A DNA stretch of 58,173 bases, from positions 1-58,173 of IMG/VR virus record IMGVR_UViG_3300027741_000073; one strand, given 5' to 3'. The stretch's first letter is position 1. Each line of letters begins with the position of its first letter. The DNA comes from a virus (Duplodnaviria; Caudoviricetes). Below are positions 27,156-37,059 of the stretch, piece after piece. Made by a program: the position numbers and the translations under genes. The notes below the pieces were generated by a model. It searched no databases. It saw only the letters and a list, made by a program, of their open reading frames with translations, and was not told the origin of the DNA.

Positions 27156-29945
27156 TTAGTCTTTCTTATTTTGTTTTGCTATTAAAGATTTATAATACTC
27201 TAACGCAGGTGACTTACCAAGAGGAGCGTCATCTAAGAATTTATTATAAGCTTTTGGATTGTTCTTTTTAAGATCAGCCCAATTGTCTTCAATATTTTTA
27301 GCCATAACAGCGGGAGTTATATCTAAAGTTTTATTAGCAGCCTGAGCCTGTTTAGCTAACCTACCTACTTCATGACCAGCTTCTAATTGTTGTTGAGTAT
27401 TTCCTTTTGAAAGGAAATTCTTATTATTAGTAGTATCTGATTTAACTTCCATTAAAGGACTATTAGCACCTGTTTTAATAACATTAGTTTGAATAGCTAG
27501 TTCTAAATTCTCTTGGTTAATAGGCATTTTAGAATTAACTAAATGTTGATAAGCATCGTTAACAATACGAGCAACCTGAGTATCATTAGCTTTAGTCATT
27601 CCCATATTGTAAAGTACGTTATGAGTTGCTTCAACTAATTGAGGTTTATTATAATTCTTAACGTCTTCACCTTTTTCATTCTTAATTGTTTCAGGTATGC
27701 TACTTGATATTGCACTTTTTAACTTACTAGTATTAAGCTCTTCAGTACCCTTAAATGAGTATTTACTCATATCAAGAGGAGAACCGTCTAATGTAGTATA
27801 TCTTTGATTAACTGGTGCTCTAGGGTCAAATATAGCATTAACAGCTACACCATTAGAATCAGTAACTAAAGTAACTTGTTGAACAGGAGAAGGCATGTTA
27901 ACAGTATTGCCTTTGTCTTTGTGTTGAACATTCATAGACATCAACACAGTAGCTTTACGTAGATTATTACGTTGTTCTTCAATACGGTCTTCAGGTTCTT
28001 TGCTTTTAAGCGGTGCATAAGCAAGGCTAAAAGCTTGATTGCGCACATTCATTGGAACATCTTTGCTGGCAAAGTCTTCAAAACGATCTCTATCCTTTTC
28101 ATATTCTTTACGCAATTCTTTTCTATCAGCAGTTAGCTTAGTCATTTCATCTTTACGTTCTTTAGCTATTACACGTTGATCTTCAATTTGATAGCGTTTT
28201 TCTTGACCAGCCATTTGAACAGCGGCAGTACGAACAGCACGATCATCTGACTTTTCTGCACGACGATCTGCTGCTATCTCAGCGGATTCTCTTCCTTGAC
28301 GTTGTAATGAAGTCTCAAAAGCATTTTTACCAGCAAATGAGAATGACCTAGCACTATTATATCCACGAGCACGACTACCTAAATACATTACAGCCATACG
28401 AGCTACTTCTTGATTGTTTAAACCAAGAGTGTCTTTAAGACCTTTGTATGAAAAGATATTTTTAAACGATTCAATGAATCCTTTGTCATCATTCTTGTAC
28501 CTATCAGCTGCTTTTTCTACATCACTATTAGCACCTTTAAATTGTTTAATCCAATAGTCAGGATTAGTACGGTCTTCTTCAGAGCCTTTAGGTGGGAACT
28601 TAGGTGGAGGAGTTAGACTTCTGCTTGCACTTGCAGCAGGTGCAGCTTCAGGGTTCTTATTCCTATCCATGTTGTTTACTTCAGAAACTGTATCAATAGA
28701 TAAATCTGGTGGTACAGCTGTAGGAGTTGGTACAACAGCAACAGTAGCTTTAGGTACAGGAGATACTTCAGCAATATTTACTGGCTTAGGTTGACCTTCT
28801 TGTCCTGCTTTATATTTATCAGCAACATTACGCATAGTGGTTTCATCTAAACCATCTTCTGTGTCAGGGTTACGACCAGTAGCCCTCATATAATATTCTT
28901 TCCATGCTGTAGGGTGGTTTTCTGATTTAAGCATTGAACCGTTTGGTGTAGAAGAAGGCCAATGGTATTTATTATTATCTTCAGGTGAGCGTTCAGGCAT
29001 TATACCTGCATCCCATGCTTTACGATAATCGTAGTTAGCATTTTTACTTAAATCAGGTGGCTCACCATATTCTTTATTAAATTCGCTATACCATTCAGTA
29101 CCTTTCATAGCACGTTGAAATCGATCTTCAGGATTATCTTGAATACCAGCTGGGTTAAACCCACCACCAACATCATATCCAGAAACGTTTTCTACACCAT
29201 TTTCATAATGAGGTACATAACCACCATGCATCATTGGTATACCATTATATATAGAACCATCTGCATTAACATTAGGAGCCATTTCTAATTCATGCGCACT
29301 AGTAGTGCCATCCGCATAACAGGCTTTACCATCCTTATAAACCACATTCATTGAGCCTTCAGCATATTTATCTGGGTTGTACATTTGCTCATATTGAGCA
29401 TTTAATGTACCATCTTCATAACCCATACGTTTCTTTACGGGTTTAACAGTAGGTAACATAGCTAATTGATGAGGAATGTCAACAACACCAGTTGTACCGC
29501 GAGCATGATGTTGTGCCTGACGACCTTGTTGAACCATCTTAGCTATCATAGGTTTATTACGTGGGTCTTGAGCAGCAGCTCTTGGTATGACTGCCTCTCC
29601 AGGAGTTAACATAGCAGGAACTGTATCAGTACCTTGAGCCAACATGTGTTGACCTTGTTTAAACATACCTGTACCAGACATAGGGTTAGAAGAAGGTAAG
29701 CCTAATTTTTCACGATTCATACGTGGTTTATTACCTAATGGTCCACCTAATTCATTTACTTTTAAGCCATGAAGTTCTTCTTTATGACCAATACCTTGGT
29801 GTGCTTTTGCAGCAGCTTCCATAAGTTTAACTTCATGTAATTGATCTTTACGACTCTCTTCTTTTTCCATCTTAGCGGATTCACGAGACTCTTTTGCAGA
29901 GAACTTTAACCATTCTCTATGTTGTTTACCTGATAGTGGCCCCAT
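27156..29945 (-). CDS. internal virion / ejection protein (929 aa)
   Basis: GTDTVPAMLTPGEAVIP motif, Y-x-x-G repeats, coiled-coil segments, position. Confidence 0.65.
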   Translation of the reverse strand: MGPLSGKQHREWLKFSAKESRESAKMEKEESRKDQLHEVKLMEAAAKAHQGIGHKEELHGLKVNELGGPLGNKPRMNREKLGLPSSNPMSGTGMFKQGQHMLAQGTDTVPAMLTPGEAVIPRAAAQDPRNKPMIAKMVQQGRQAQHHARGTTGVVDIPHQLAMLPTVKPVKKRMGYEDGTLNAQYEQMYNPDKYAEGSMNVVYKDGKACYADGTTSAHELEMAPNVNADGSIYNGIPMMHGGYVPHYENGVENVSGYDVGGGFNPAGIQDNPEDRFQRAMKGTEWYSEFNKEYGEPPDLSKNANYDYRKAWDAGIMPERSPEDNNKYHWPSSTPNGSMLKSENHPTAWKEYYMRATGRNPDTEDGLDETTMRNVADKYKAGQEGQPKPVNIAEVSPVPKATVAVVPTPTAVPPDLSIDTVSEVNNMDRNKNPEAAPAASASRSLTPPPKFPPKGSEEDRTNPDYWIKQFKGANSDVEKAADRYKNDDKGFIESFKNIFSYKGLKDTLGLNNQEVARMAVMYLGSRARGYNSARSFSFAGKNAFETSLQRQGRESAEIAADRRAEKSDDRAVRTAAVQMAGQEKRYQIEDQRVIAKERKDEMTKLTADRKELRKEYEKDRDRFEDFASKDVPMNVRNQAFSLAYAPLKSKEPEDRIEEQRNNLRKATVLMSMNVQHKDKGNTVNMPSPVQQVTLVTDSNGVAVNAIFDPRAPVNQRYTTLDGSPLDMSKYSFKGTEELNTSKLKSAISSSIPETIKNEKGEDVKNYNKPQLVEATHNVLYNMGMTKANDTQVARIVNDAYQHLVNSKMPINQENLELAIQTNVIKTGANSPLMEVKSDTTNNKNFLSKGNTQQQLEAGHEVGRLAKQAQAANKTLDITPAVMAKNIEDNWADLKKNNPKAYNKFLDDAPLGKSPALEYYKSLIAKQNKKD

Positions 29946-29946
29946 A

Positions 29947-30453
29947 TTAAATCCATTTCATTTGTTTAGCAAGTAATAAACCACCTATTAGCCCTAATGG
30001 ACCACCCACAGCAGCTAGCATACCAGTACTTGCTAAGCCAGCACCCATAGTTGCTAACGAAGTACCTTCAGCTGCAGCCGCCGCTGGGCCAATAAGAGCA
30101 GCACCTTCACCTAAAGTAGCAGCAGTAGCAGCACCTTCACCTAGAGTAGCAGCAGTAGAAGCATTTCCTACAATACTTGGAAGAGGTTCCACAACATTAG
30201 AAGTTTCTACAACAGGAGCTAAAGGAGCAGCAACTTTTGCAGGTGTCATTGTTTTAAAACCAGCATCAATACCCGCATTAATACCTCTGTTAACAATTAT
30301 TTGTTGAGCCATTTGGCCTAATCCAGGTGGTCCCTGCGTAATTTGTGGTTGTTGAGGGTTATTTTGAGGTACTTGTAAAGTATTGTTTGTTTGAGGTACA
30401 TTAGGATAACGCATTGGTTCATTAGCCCAATCCCAAGGATCTTGATAACTCAT
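29947..30453 (-). CDS. small ejection/pilot-type virion protein
   Basis: Gly/Ala-rich hydrophobic C-terminus; ATAATLGEGA tandem duplication. Confidence 0.55.
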   Translation of the reverse strand: MSYQDPWDWANEPMRYPNVPQTNNTLQVPQNNPQQPQITQGPPGLGQMAQQIIVNRGINAGIDAGFKTMTPAKVAAPLAPVVETSNVVEPLPSIVGNASTAATLGEGAATAATLGEGAALIGPAAAAAEGTSLATMGAGLASTGMLAAVGGPLGLIGGLLLAKQMKWI

Positions 30454-30611
30454 TATTTTCCTCCAAAACTATTTGTTTGAACTAAAGGTTGTGGTGTTGG
30501 GTCTGGTTTAGTTACTGTACTTTGATCTTGAAAAGGTGGAATATTTAAGTTATTCTTTACAATATTACTTGTAGGTTGGTTAACAATATTATCTGCATTA
30601 ATTCCAGCCAT
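30453..30611 (-). CDS. small hypothetical protein (52 aa)
   Basis: Read by hand (MAGINAD...FGGK); TAATG coupling. Confidence 0.5.
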   Translation of the reverse strand: MAGINADNIVNQPTSNIVKNNLNIPPFQDQSTVTKPDPTPQPLVQTNSFGGK

Positions 30612-30613
30612 AA

Positions 30614-31300
30614 TTATTTACCTGTACTTATTGCTGATTGTCTTGCTGGATTACCAAACACAGTAGAAGCATAACGTTGTAAACCTTGCCAAGGAGCATC
30701 CACTTGAGCTTGATTAATACTTCGTTCTTGATTACCTAAATCAGCTAATGTTTTAGCTGTTCCAGAAGCAGCTGCACCGGAAGCACCTACAGAATTACCT
30801 AAAATCTTTTCAGCTTCTAATCTGTTTTGAAACATTTTATTTTCATAGTCAGCATCTATCTTAGCTAACTCGCCTGTAGTAGCTGCATTTTGAGCACCTT
30901 GCATAACAGCTTGTCGAGCAGAACCTAATGTTCCTGCTTGACCAAACTGTGTATCCATGCCAGCTACTCTCTTTTGAGCATCAAGAATAATACCTTGTTT
31001 TTGAGCCGCTAAAATATCTGCACTAGGAGCAGTAGCCATTGTGTTTAAACGATTTTGTTGATCTTTTAAAGTATCTAAACTACTTGCACCAGTATTAGCT
31101 ACTGCATCAGCAGCATTACCAAAAGCTTTTTGTTGTAAATTAGATTTACCAACTACATTATCTAAAGCACCCTTATTATATAATCTACCTGCCTCATTAG
31201 TAACGCTTTCAATAGAAGGCCTCATCCATTCAGGAATAGAGTCTACTTTTGTAACGTTGGTATCACCGCCTTTATAGCGTTTAATTAACTTTAATTTCAT
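30614..31300 (-). CDS. internal virion / ejection protein
   Basis: N-terminal YKGG...PEW; Gln/Ala-rich; FGQAGTLGSARQ. Confidence 0.6.
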   Translation of the reverse strand: MKLKLIKRYKGGDTNVTKVDSIPEWMRPSIESVTNEAGRLYNKGALDNVVGKSNLQQKAFGNAADAVANTGASSLDTLKDQQNRLNTMATAPSADILAAQKQGIILDAQKRVAGMDTQFGQAGTLGSARQAVMQGAQNAATTGELAKIDADYENKMFQNRLEAEKILGNSVGASGAAASGTAKTLADLGNQERSINQAQVDAPWQGLQRYASTVFGNPARQSAISTGK

Positions 31301-31710
31301 AATTTCTTTCTCATAACAACATATGCCTGTTCAAATCCAGGTACATACTTAGGTAATACTTTAGCCCATCCGGGACGGCCCCATTGCTCAATAGCAATAC
31401 AACCACATTCTTTTGCAAATACTTCTACAGTAGGAAATACTTTAGATTGTTCTTCAAAATTATTACCTGAAAAAAGAATAATATGAAGTGTTTTATGTTG
31501 TGCATAAGATAAAACTTGAGTTAAACCTACACCAACAATTTCAGAACCATCTATAACAGCCCAACATTGAGCATCATTGTTAAGGATTTTCCTTAAATAA
31601 TCTGTAATAGATGATTCACCTTGACCATGCTGTTTAGCTTTTTCTAAATGCTTAGAAACAATATCCCAATATTTTAAAACATCTTCATGGGACATAATAA
31701 TTATTTTCAT
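31297..31710 (-). CDS. GNAT-like virion assembly protein (T7 gp13-like position)
   Basis: LHII...G...AKE.GC..IE.WGRPGW.KVL pattern. Confidence 0.55.
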   Translation of the reverse strand: MKIIIMSHEDVLKYWDIVSKHLEKAKQHGQGESSITDYLRKILNNDAQCWAVIDGSEIVGVGLTQVLSYAQHKTLHIILFSGNNFEEQSKVFPTVEVFAKECGCIAIEQWGRPGWAKVLPKYVPGFEQAYVVMRKKL

Positions 31711-33753
31711 TTAATCTCCTAAAGCAATCCAGTTAAGTGTACCAGTAGCTAATACTTGTGATGATGTTAAACTATAATTATAATAGTTTAATTGAAAATT
31801 ATTTACCGCTGTTGTTGATGTTGGAACAGGTCGCCTACGAGTGACAGTTCCTGACATACTATAAACTTGCAATTCAGCATAAGCTTGCCCATTTGAAATA
31901 CCCCCAACAACTGTTGCATACAAAGAAAATGTAAGAGCAGAAGTTGTACCTACGTAAGTTTTAGAAGCAGTAGTTGTATAACCACCTGTGTTTGCTGATA
32001 AGTCTAATCCACTACCAGTAATAGTTGTAATTCCGCTACCTGTTTTAAACAAATTATAAGCGTAATTGTAAGTATAATTTGAACTAGTAACTTCCCAACC
32101 AGTTGGAACTGTATATGTAGGTGAATAATTTAAAGTTGCAGTACTAGGATTAGGAGAACCAGTATAAATTTGAGCAATAGCACTAACAGTACCTGTACGA
32201 GACACGTTATCATCAAGATATTCATAAACAGTACCTGCACTGAATGTACCGCCAGTGTCAACAGCTTCAGCAAACATCCTAAATGTCCAAGTACCTGCTG
32301 AAGGAAAAGTAATAGTAATACTTGTTGTTGAAGACCCTGAAGCATTAGCCCCTAAATTAGTAGCTGTTGTTGCTGTATCAACCCACACACCACCACTAAA
32401 ATATTGGCCTTTCCATCGAACAGTTCTATAGTAAAAATTACCTCCAGCACCAGTACTTCTGTAAGATTGCAAGGTAGCATTAAGAGTTACAGAGGTAGCG
32501 TTAGCAGGAGTTGTCCTACTAATACTTGTAAATGATCCTGAAATACTACCAGAAGATTCGTTAGTTACCACTTGACCTGTATTAGCAGCTAAGCTTAAAG
32601 TAGCTACTGGTGTAAATCTCCATACCATAGACCCCGAAGAAGTTTCAGTAATGCTATTAGCTGAACATTGAATAGACTGACTTTGACTAGAATAAGTATT
32701 GTCATACAATTTTAAATCAGCGGGTGATACAAGTACTTTAGGTTGAGTTTTAAAGTAACCCGGAATAGTTACTATAGTGTTATTTGTTGCAGAACCAAAT
32801 TCAGCACGAGAAAGAGCTTTATAAAGAACAGAACCTACAGAAGGTACATTTTTATAAATCTCTACGTTACCATAAAACAATCTAGCTTTATCACCAGTAG
32901 AACTATTATTAGAAATAATTTCACCATTGCTGTTAATAACTACAGGAGCTAAAGTGCCTGTTCCACCAACAGTAATAGTAGTTCCTGCTTGAATTTCTCC
33001 ACTACTAATTAAGTTAGCAGTAACAGCACCAGCAGCAAGTTTAACAGTTGTAATAGCGCTAGCAGCAATCTGCCCTGCACCAATAGTTAATGCTGCAATG
33101 TTGTTACCAGTAATAGTTTCTGCTGCAATTTTAGTTCCTGTAACAGCACCAGTAGCAAGCTTTAATTCAGTAACTGCATTGGCTGCAATTGTTTCAGCTG
33201 ATACCGCATTAGTTACAAGCGCACCTGTAGATTGATCTAATGCTGCAACATTTAATTTGTTTGCACTTAGTGTAGCATTTAAAATTTCTGAACCAGTAAT
33301 ACTCTGAGGGGGTACTATAATATCTAAATCAATAGCTGTAGTAGGGGCAGGTAACCAATGATAATCAATAGGATTATTGTTTACATCAAATTTAATTTGT
33401 CTACCGCCTAATATTCGATAATACAAAGTTTTAAGAGTACCAAAACCAGAAGTTACAAAGTACCAAGTGTAGTCTGCTGGATTAGTTGATTCCGTAGAGG
33501 ATGTACTGTTATTAATACCGTAATAATACTTTCCAGTTTGAGTATCAGATAACCCAGTACCTATATTATCATCAGCATATTTAACATGAATAAACTCATA
33601 GAGGTATCCTACTACATTACCTTTTGAATCTTTGATTTGACCAGTAGCAATATCAGAAGAATAACCTGAATTTGTATTATCATAACCATTAACATGAAGA
33701 TTATATAAGTACGCATCTAATTCAGAAATACCTGTAATAGGTGGGTTCATCAT
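31711..33753 (-). CDS. tail fibre / tail tip protein
   Basis: HVKYADD..G...YGI......ES.NPADY.W module; 10-aa (I/V)T..K(I/L)A repeats; beta-rich C-terminus. Confidence 0.65.
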   Translation of the reverse strand: MMNPPITGISELDAYLYNLHVNGYDNTNSGYSSDIATGQIKDSKGNVVGYLYEFIHVKYADDNIGTGLSDTQTGKYYYGINNSTSSTESTNPADYTWYFVTSGFGTLKTLYYRILGGRQIKFDVNNNPIDYHWLPAPTTAIDLDIIVPPQSITGSEILNATLSANKLNVAALDQSTGALVTNAVSAETIAANAVTELKLATGAVTGTKIAAETITGNNIAALTIGAGQIAASAITTVKLAAGAVTANLISSGEIQAGTTITVGGTGTLAPVVINSNGEIISNNSSTGDKARLFYGNVEIYKNVPSVGSVLYKALSRAEFGSATNNTIVTIPGYFKTQPKVLVSPADLKLYDNTYSSQSQSIQCSANSITETSSGSMVWRFTPVATLSLAANTGQVVTNESSGSISGSFTSISRTTPANATSVTLNATLQSYRSTGAGGNFYYRTVRWKGQYFSGGVWVDTATTATNLGANASGSSTTSITITFPSAGTWTFRMFAEAVDTGGTFSAGTVYEYLDDNVSRTGTVSAIAQIYTGSPNPSTATLNYSPTYTVPTGWEVTSSNYTYNYAYNLFKTGSGITTITGSGLDLSANTGGYTTTASKTYVGTTSALTFSLYATVVGGISNGQAYAELQVYSMSGTVTRRRPVPTSTTAVNNFQLNYYNYSLTSSQVLATGTLNWIALGD

Positions 33754-33756
33754 AAT

Positions 33757-35298
33757 TTATCTCCTGTCTGCAGCTTTAGCATCAAGTGACATCATACCCA
33801 TACGCCAAGGGCCTGTTGAAGAAATTCTATAATTAATAATACGACCATTAACTCGTGGGTCTACTTTGTAGCCTTGTGATTTTTGGTTGTTAGGTAAAAA
33901 AGTAAATGTATCTTTTAAATCAGGATCATCTGTTGACAAATCAACATCATCGATATAATTGTTCTGGCCTACTACACGAATAGTAATAGATGCATCATTA
34001 GGCACTTTATCAAAAATAGGATATATAGAATTAATAAAAGAACTACCAGTAACATCACCAGTATTAAGTTTCTTTTTCTCAATATAAGAAGTATATGAGG
34101 CTAATGCAGAACCATCCCACATTAGATAATTACTATCAGTAACTAGTGTTTGTGTAGAATTAGTTGTCATATAAACCACTTCATTAGCATACTGAAAAGC
34201 ATTAGATATATTTGAAGGGCCAGTAAATGTGTAAGTTATTGAGGGTAATACTCTTTTAGACCATGTATTATTTTTATAATTATATACTAAAGCTTCATTA
34301 CAAACAGTAGAAGAACCTTTAGGATAATTAATCCAAATTTCTTTATAAAAAGAATTTTTAACTAAATGTACTTTATTAACAACATTTTTATTAAGATTAT
34401 TAAAGAAATATTTTTTAACCCTAAAGTCAGCTAATGATTCAATAGCACCAGAACCGTTGTGAACATAAATATCATTACGATCAACTACAAAATGTTTACC
34501 ATCAAATTCGATAACACAATCTGTACTTAAAATACCATATGATTTGCTATAAGGAGATACACGAGTTACAGTACCAATAGTTAAAATACTAATTGAATCA
34601 GAAGAATATACAAACATATTACCTCTTAACTCAGCCATATCCAAGATAGGAGAAGTAGAATTTAATTCAAATTCATCAGCAGTATCTGTTGTTACTCCGG
34701 GTTGCCATATAGTTGGGATACTACCTGTGTTTGCTTGCACTGACACTCTAATAGTAGAAGGTGCATAAGTAGTTGTACCACTTTGAGTTAATGTTAAGTT
34801 AGCTGCTACTAAAGAATAGTTAAGTGATCTAACTACTTTGGCTGTGACCGTAAGCCCTGAAACATAATTCCATCCGGGTAAAGGTTGAAAAGAAGAACCA
34901 GCGGTAGTGCTTCCATATAAACAATATAAAGGGGTAGAAGTACCGTTATTAAGAACAATTGCATAACCTCCGTTAAATAAAGTACCTTGCCAATCACTGT
35001 TTGTGTATACTGAATCAGCACTAGAAAACATTGATGAGCTACTACCTGCCGCATCTACACGAACAATATTGCCATTCTTAGCAAAAATATTGTATCCTTG
35101 ATCTGGCCTTCTCCAATGAATGCCATAATCAGGAGTAATACTTACTACCCTATGAGTGGTTTCACCAGTAGTAGTTTGTACGCTATCATCATCAAATCGC
35201 ACGTTTAATAAATCCGTAAACGTATTCGGAGGTACAATCATAGGTGGAAGATCAGCGTTTAAACCGCCTTTACCTAATTGTTCTACTGGTATTGCCAT
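33757..35298 (-). CDS. tail tubular / DNA stabilisation (nozzle) protein
   Basis: GGLN.D.PP N-terminus, EIWINYP...ALVYNY..NTWS; beta-propeller-like composition. Confidence 0.7.
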   Translation of the reverse strand: MAIPVEQLGKGGLNADLPPMIVPPNTFTDLLNVRFDDDSVQTTTGETTHRVVSITPDYGIHWRRPDQGYNIFAKNGNIVRVDAAGSSSSMFSSADSVYTNSDWQGTLFNGGYAIVLNNGTSTPLYCLYGSTTAGSSFQPLPGWNYVSGLTVTAKVVRSLNYSLVAANLTLTQSGTTTYAPSTIRVSVQANTGSIPTIWQPGVTTDTADEFELNSTSPILDMAELRGNMFVYSSDSISILTIGTVTRVSPYSKSYGILSTDCVIEFDGKHFVVDRNDIYVHNGSGAIESLADFRVKKYFFNNLNKNVVNKVHLVKNSFYKEIWINYPKGSSTVCNEALVYNYKNNTWSKRVLPSITYTFTGPSNISNAFQYANEVVYMTTNSTQTLVTDSNYLMWDGSALASYTSYIEKKKLNTGDVTGSSFINSIYPIFDKVPNDASITIRVVGQNNYIDDVDLSTDDPDLKDTFTFLPNNQKSQGYKVDPRVNGRIINYRISSTGPWRMGMMSLDAKAADRR

Positions 35299-35307
35299 AA
35301 TATTCCT

Positions 35308-35991
35308 TTAGATCTTTTCTTTAATAAACATTCTAACTAAGTCACCTACAATATCTGACCTTACGATATCATCTACTGTAAACCTTACAATAGGTATCTC
35401 GATACCTGCGTTCTCACACATCTTGCAAAACTTAAGAATATCTTTACCGTTATTAATGTCTGACTGAGATGCATCACCCATAAGAACCATCTTACTGTTC
35501 TCACCTAGGCGAGTAGTAATAGCTTTAAGTTCTTCAATAGTAATGTTTTGTACCTCATCAACTAAGATAAGGGAATTCTCAAATGATCGTCCTCTGATAG
35601 TTTCAATAGGTTGATACTGGATAGCATCTTTATTAAGTAAGTATTCGTACTTAGTCTGGGTTAATTGTTTTTGTAACACTGTAATCATCGGTAATAACCA
35701 CGGTGATAATTTATCTTTAATATCACCAGGAAAAAATCCTAGTGATCGTCCTGTAGGGACATTACTTCTTGTAAGAATAATATAATCATAGTTACCTGAT
35801 TGGAATAACTGTGCAATCTTTGAGGCTGCACAGTATGTCTTGCCTACTCCAGCAGCGCCTAGCGTAACTGTTATAGGAAAGAATTCAATAGCATCTAACA
35901 AAAGTCCTTGATTCTTTGTTTTAGGTTGGATATGGCAAACACGAGGAGATTTTGTCAACTCGTTTGTTTTCTTACGTTGGTTTCTTTTCAA
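35308..35991 (-). CDS. phoH: PhoH-family ATPase
   Basis: GAAGVGKT, LGFFPG, RGRSF, DEVQN, TRLGENSK, GD..QSD; TTG start. Confidence 0.92.
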   Translation of the reverse strand: MKRNQRKKTNELTKSPRVCHIQPKTKNQGLLLDAIEFFPITVTLGAAGVGKTYCAASKIAQLFQSGNYDYIILTRSNVPTGRSLGFFPGDIKDKLSPWLLPMITVLQKQLTQTKYEYLLNKDAIQYQPIETIRGRSFENSLILVDEVQNITIEELKAITTRLGENSKMVLMGDASQSDINNGKDILKFCKMCENAGIEIPIVRFTVDDIVRSDIVGDLVRMFIKEKI

Positions 35992-35998
35992 AGTGTTT

Positions 35999-36015
35999 CC
36001 TATTAGGTACCGATT
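35999..36015 (-). promoter_or_regulatory. putative phage RNAP promoter (AATCGGTACCTAATAGG)
   Basis: Intergenic copy directly upstream of phoH. Confidence 0.7.
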
Positions 36016-36018
36016 AAG

Positions 36019-36387
36019 TTATATTAACTCAAAGTGAGGACCATCAAAGAACGATTTAAAGTCCCCACCCCATCTGATGTTAACATTGAGTTCATTGGCG
36101 GCTTGTTTAACAACTACTGCCAGTTTAATATAGTCTTCTTTATCCCAAGATATCTTACCATCTTTCAAAACACCTAAGTCTACAGCACAACCAACTAAGT
36201 GCTTAGAGTTTAGTGTTTGACTTTTACCAGCATCATACAATTCTTGTTGACGTTCCTTTGAACGGAGTCCTTCAAGAACTGTAAAGTCTGCTGTAGTAAG
36301 TTTAATAGCTCGTTTAACGACTCTAATTAGTTTGTCATCAACACCTTTAAGCTTATCTAAAGATTTTTGTGACAGAGTATAGGTCAT
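36019..36387 (-). CDS. endolysin, M15-family peptidase
   Basis: EGLRS.ERQ, SKHLVGCAVD, WGGDF, DGPHFEL. Confidence 0.9.
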   Translation of the reverse strand: MTYTLSQKSLDKLKGVDDKLIRVVKRAIKLTTADFTVLEGLRSKERQQELYDAGKSQTLNSKHLVGCAVDLGVLKDGKISWDKEDYIKLAVVVKQAANELNVNIRWGGDFKSFFDGPHFELI

Positions 36388-36776
36388 TTAGTTACGCCTT
36401 TAAACTTTTCAAAGCTACGTAAACCACCTAAGCCTAACATACCCATCATAAGTTCCCAAAGGTTATTGTCTAATCCGGGGAATGTATACTCAGGTAAAAA
36501 AGCAGTTACAAAGGGGCGTACAAGGTACTGATATGCTAGTGCCAAGCCACATACCCATCCAATAAAGGGTCGCCAACCAGAAACAAAGATTGAAGCGTTT
36601 GCAGCCTCAACTTTATTAATATCTGTCTGAGCAGTCATGTTAGCTAATTCACCAGACTGTTGTAGCTTAATTAATTCAAGCTGTGCCTGAGCCTTTTGAA
36701 CAGGATCAGGTATAATGCGGTCAAGGAGCTTTGTTCCAAGCTCTACCACGCTACCAATTAAAACACTACTTACCAT
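36384..36776 (-). CDS. holin (3TM, GTA-like family)
   Basis: FVSGWRPFIGWVCG...MLGLGGLRSFEK; adjacent to the endolysin. Confidence 0.8.
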   Translation of the reverse strand: MVSSVLIGSVVELGTKLLDRIIPDPVQKAQAQLELIKLQQSGELANMTAQTDINKVEAANASIFVSGWRPFIGWVCGLALAYQYLVRPFVTAFLPEYTFPGLDNNLWELMMGMLGLGGLRSFEKFKGVTK

Positions 36777-36948
36777 GGCTTAAAAAAGTAAAGATAATTC
36801 CACCCATGCTAGTTAATAGTACGCCACATACCGTAACTAGAATACTCTCTAAGCGTTTAAGCCGAGCATTAATCATCTCATAGCGTAAAGCACAAACTTC
36901 TTCGTGAGAAGAAATACGTGCTTCCGTTGCATCAATTATTGTTGTCAT
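36766..36948 (-). CDS. small membrane protein of the lysis cassette
   Basis: HEEVCALRY..I..RL.RLE followed by a C-terminal TM helix. Confidence 0.65.
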   Translation of the reverse strand: MTTIIDATEARISSHEEVCALRYEMINARLKRLESILVTVCGVLLTSMGGIIFTFLSHGK

Positions 36949-37059
36949 TTAATATATCCTGTTTAATAAGCCTCAACCGTGAAGCTCATGTTCAAAAATG
37001 GTGTGCGTAGTGGTGTATAGCTCATGGTGTGTTCTTTCTATAGTCATGTGTAATCAATG

